Part shown: positions 16,609 to 18,136 of the stretch, piece after piece | How positions within the stretch are numbered: position 1 is the stretch's first letter | How the letters are laid out: every line of letters begins with the position of its first letter | Origin: a virus | Lineage: Duplodnaviria; Heunggongvirae; Uroviricota; Caudoviricetes | Length of the DNA stretch: 18,136 nt | Reading direction: 5' to 3' (one strand) | Virus record (IMG/VR): IMGVR_UViG_3300028602_000005 | Span: 1 to 18,136 of that record | Program-made: the position numbers and the translations under genes | Notes under the pieces: generated by a model | Told to the model about the DNA's origin: nothing | Database searches by the model: none | What the model saw: only the letters and a program-made list of their open reading frames with translations

Positions 16609-16668
16609 ATGACTTAGGTTTATTCAGAAAGAGGTCCACCTGTTTTTGTTTATAGAGAATTAATATAA
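16609..16668 (+). other. putative leader ORF with amber codon 3 and RGPP motif (MT*VYSERGPPVFVYRELI)
   Basis: AAGGAGAG at 16594-16601; ATG 16609, ACT, TAG 16615-16617, AGA GGT CCA CCT 16630-16641, TAA 16666-16668. Confidence 0.7.
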
Positions 16669-16705
16669 TAAAGAGAAAAGTAAAAAACAAACAGGAGAAA
16701 AAATT

Positions 16706-17008
16706 ATGAAATTCAAAGAATTAAAACCAACTCTAAAAAATTGGGCAAAAGAAATTAGAGTTCTTAAAACTCATAGAAAAAATGATAAAAGAGGAAATAT
16801 AACTTTAACTCAAATTGAAAGTGAAATATTTCATTTGAAGAAAAAATATAGACATTATCATATTGTCTATTGTGAATTAAGAGGAAAAAGTAGAGATCAA
16901 ATAGAAAAACCTTCCATTTACAATCCAGCATCAGAATTTTTTCTTAAAAATATAAAAAAAGATATAACGGATTATAATCAAAATGAGAATGTACGTAATA
17001 GTGCGTAA
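16706..17008 (+). CDS. basic hypothetical protein (100 aa)
   Basis: AGGAG RBS at 16693-16697; WAKEIRVLK...YRHYHIVYCELRGKSRDQIEKP; overlaps the Pth2-like gene by 26 nt. Confidence 0.85.
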   Translation: MKFKELKPTLKNWAKEIRVLKTHRKNDKRGNITLTQIESEIFHLKKKYRHYHIVYCELRGKSRDQIEKPSIYNPASEFFLKNIKKDITDYNQNENVRNSA

Positions 17009-17276
17009 TGATTTATCCGCATCTCAGAAAGCAGTTCAAGCTGGACATGCTCTAGCTGAATATTTATTAAAGGTTAAAAATTTTAAATGGCCTAATGGTA
17101 TATTAATTTATTTGACTGTTGATAATGAGATGAAATTAAAAAATCTGATGCAAGAAATGGATATGAAAGATATTAATTGGATTGGTTTTAAAGAACCTGA
17201 TATAAACAATGAGTATACAGCAATTGCTGTAGAAACAAAAAGAAAAACATTATTTAAAAATTTGCCGTTATTATAA
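16983..17276 (+). CDS. pth2: peptidyl-tRNA hydrolase type 2 (Pth2)-like protein
   Basis: MYVIVRNDL...KAVQAGHA N-terminal signature, W...LIYLTV, F.EPD...TAIA, terminal LPLL. Confidence 0.8.
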   Translation: MRMYVIVRNDLSASQKAVQAGHALAEYLLKVKNFKWPNGILIYLTVDNEMKLKNLMQEMDMKDINWIGFKEPDINNEYTAIAVETKRKTLFKNLPLL

Positions 17277-17285
17277 ATAATTTGC

Positions 17286-17359
17286 TGTCGTGTAGCTGAA
17301 TGGTTCAGCAGAGGATTCTAAATCCTTGAATGTGGGTTCGATTCCCACCACGACAGCCA
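17286..17359 (+). tRNA. tRNA with CUA anticodon (amber suppressor), encoded CCA
   Basis: TGTCGTG/CACGACA acceptor; GCTG/CAGC D stem with GG in the loop; GAGGA/TCCTT anticodon stem with loop TT-CTA-AA; 4-nt variable loop; GTGGG/CCCAC T stem with TTCGATT; G73; CCA. Confidence 0.93.
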
Positions 17360-17387
17360 ATTTTTGAATATAAAAGAAAGGAATAAA

Positions 17388-18136
17388 ATGAAAATAGAAA
17401 TTGCAGGATTTAATGTAGATTATGAAAAAATAAAAGAATTATGTGAAAAGGCTGGAGAAGATATTAATAATATAACGCCAGAAACAATATCTGCTGCTTA
17501 TGCTAGAATAAGTAGAAGACCTGAAGAAATTAGTGAATTAAGAAAAGAAAGTCTAAAAGAAGTAGAAAAAGCTAGAAAGACAAATGAAACAATTGTTTAT
17601 GATTATGGTCATGGAAGTATTGCAGAACATGTTGTTTTTAATATAGATTTAATTGGAATTTCAAGATTTGCTGTTGAATGGATTGAAAAATCAAGATTAT
17701 GTTCATTTACAGAAAAGTCACAAAGATATGTAAAATTTGAAAATGATTATTATATTCCAGAAGAATTTGATGATATTGAATATTTACCTGATTCACAAGT
17801 ATTGAAAAAGGAATATATTGAAAGAGTTGAAAATTCATTTAAATTATATATAGAAATTTTCGATTCAATATTAAAAGACTTAATAGAAAAAAATCCAAAT
17901 GAAAATAAAATAAAATTAGAGAATATGGCAAAAGAAGACGCTAGATATGTTTTACCGTTATGTATGTTAACTCAGATAGGAATGACTTTAAATGCTAGAA
18001 ATGCGGAGGCTCTTATAAGAAGATGTTTATCAAGTGAATATTTAGAGGTTGTTAGAATTGGAGAAATGTTATTTGAAAAAATATCTAAAATTGCACCATC
18101 ACTAATAAAACATACAGATATTTCTAAATTTAAAAA
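17388..18136 (+). CDS. thyX: FAD-dependent thymidylate synthase ThyX, truncated by the window end
   Basis: Not in the ORF track; AAAGGA RBS, ATG 17388, open to the end. AAYARISR, YGHGSIAEH, ISRFAVEWIEKSRLCSFTEKSQRY, EDARYVLP, NARN motifs. Confidence 0.88.
   Translation, partial: MKIEIAGFNVDYEKIKELCEKAGEDINNITPETISAAYARISRRPEEISELRKESLKEVEKARKTNETIVYDYGHGSIAEHVVFNIDLIGISRFAVEWIEKSRLCSFTEKSQRYVKFENDYYIPEEFDDIEYLPDSQVLKKEYIERVENSFKLYIEIFDSILKDLIEKNPNENKIKLENMAKEDARYVLPLCMLTQIGMTLNARNAEALIRRCLSSEYLEVVRIGEMLFEKISKIAPSLIKHTDISKFK

Noticed and set aside
16394-16690. Minus-strand 98-aa ORF
   Set aside because: Low-complexity shadow over the 16015 gene and the leader region; no RBS.
17311-17327. Reading the anticodon as TCT (Arg)
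   Set aside because: The one-base-shifted register destroys the anticodon stem; only the CTA-centred loop gives the GAGGA/TCCTT helix.
17286-17359. Pyrrolysine tRNA interpretation
   Set aside because: tRNA-Pyl has a 6-bp anticodon stem, a 3-nt variable loop, one base between acceptor and D stems, and usually lacks the D-loop GG and TTC. This tRNA is canonical on all counts, and no pyl genes are in the window.
239-18136. Full code-15 recoding of this window
   Set aside because: All large genes are intact under code 11, and TAG codons fall at gene junctions; the only internal TAG is in the leader ORF.
1-18136. CRISPR arrays, transposases, integrases, rRNA
   Set aside because: No regularly spaced repeats or recognisable motifs for these were seen by eye.

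Overview
Very AT-rich, densely packed, mostly plus-strand window with many ATGA/TAATG gene overlaps and AGGAG ribosome-binding sites. The gene mix suggests a large (jumbo-type) dsDNA phage or similar element (inference; no structural gene is present to prove it). Contents: (1) glycan cluster A, 239-4908: GT-A, NDP-sugar epimerase, kinase-methyltransferase fusion, GT2, O-acetyltransferase; (2) accessory ORFs, 5190-9309: metallophosphoesterase, DUF5662-like protein, two ORFs broken by single in-frame stops, and a GGQ-only release-factor-like protein; (3) glycan cluster B, 9326-13875: methyltransferase, two GT-B, wecB and an embedded AEP/LigD-polymerase-like gene; (4) a two-gene minus-strand island with shared promoter-like motifs and terminators; (5) SLOG protein, dCMP deaminase and partial thyX. 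The most striking element is 16592-17359: a leader ORF with a strong RBS reading Met-Thr-TAG-Val-Tyr-Ser-Glu-Arg-Gly-Pro-Pro..., whose Pro/Val codons can pair with the Shine-Dalgarno of the next gene. It is followed by an unknown 100-aa gene, a Pth2-like peptidyl-tRNA hydrolase and a canonical tRNA with anticodon CUA (amber suppressor). This looks like an amber-readthrough-gated translational attenuator linked to its own suppressor tRNA; the mechanism is inferred, not demonstrated.
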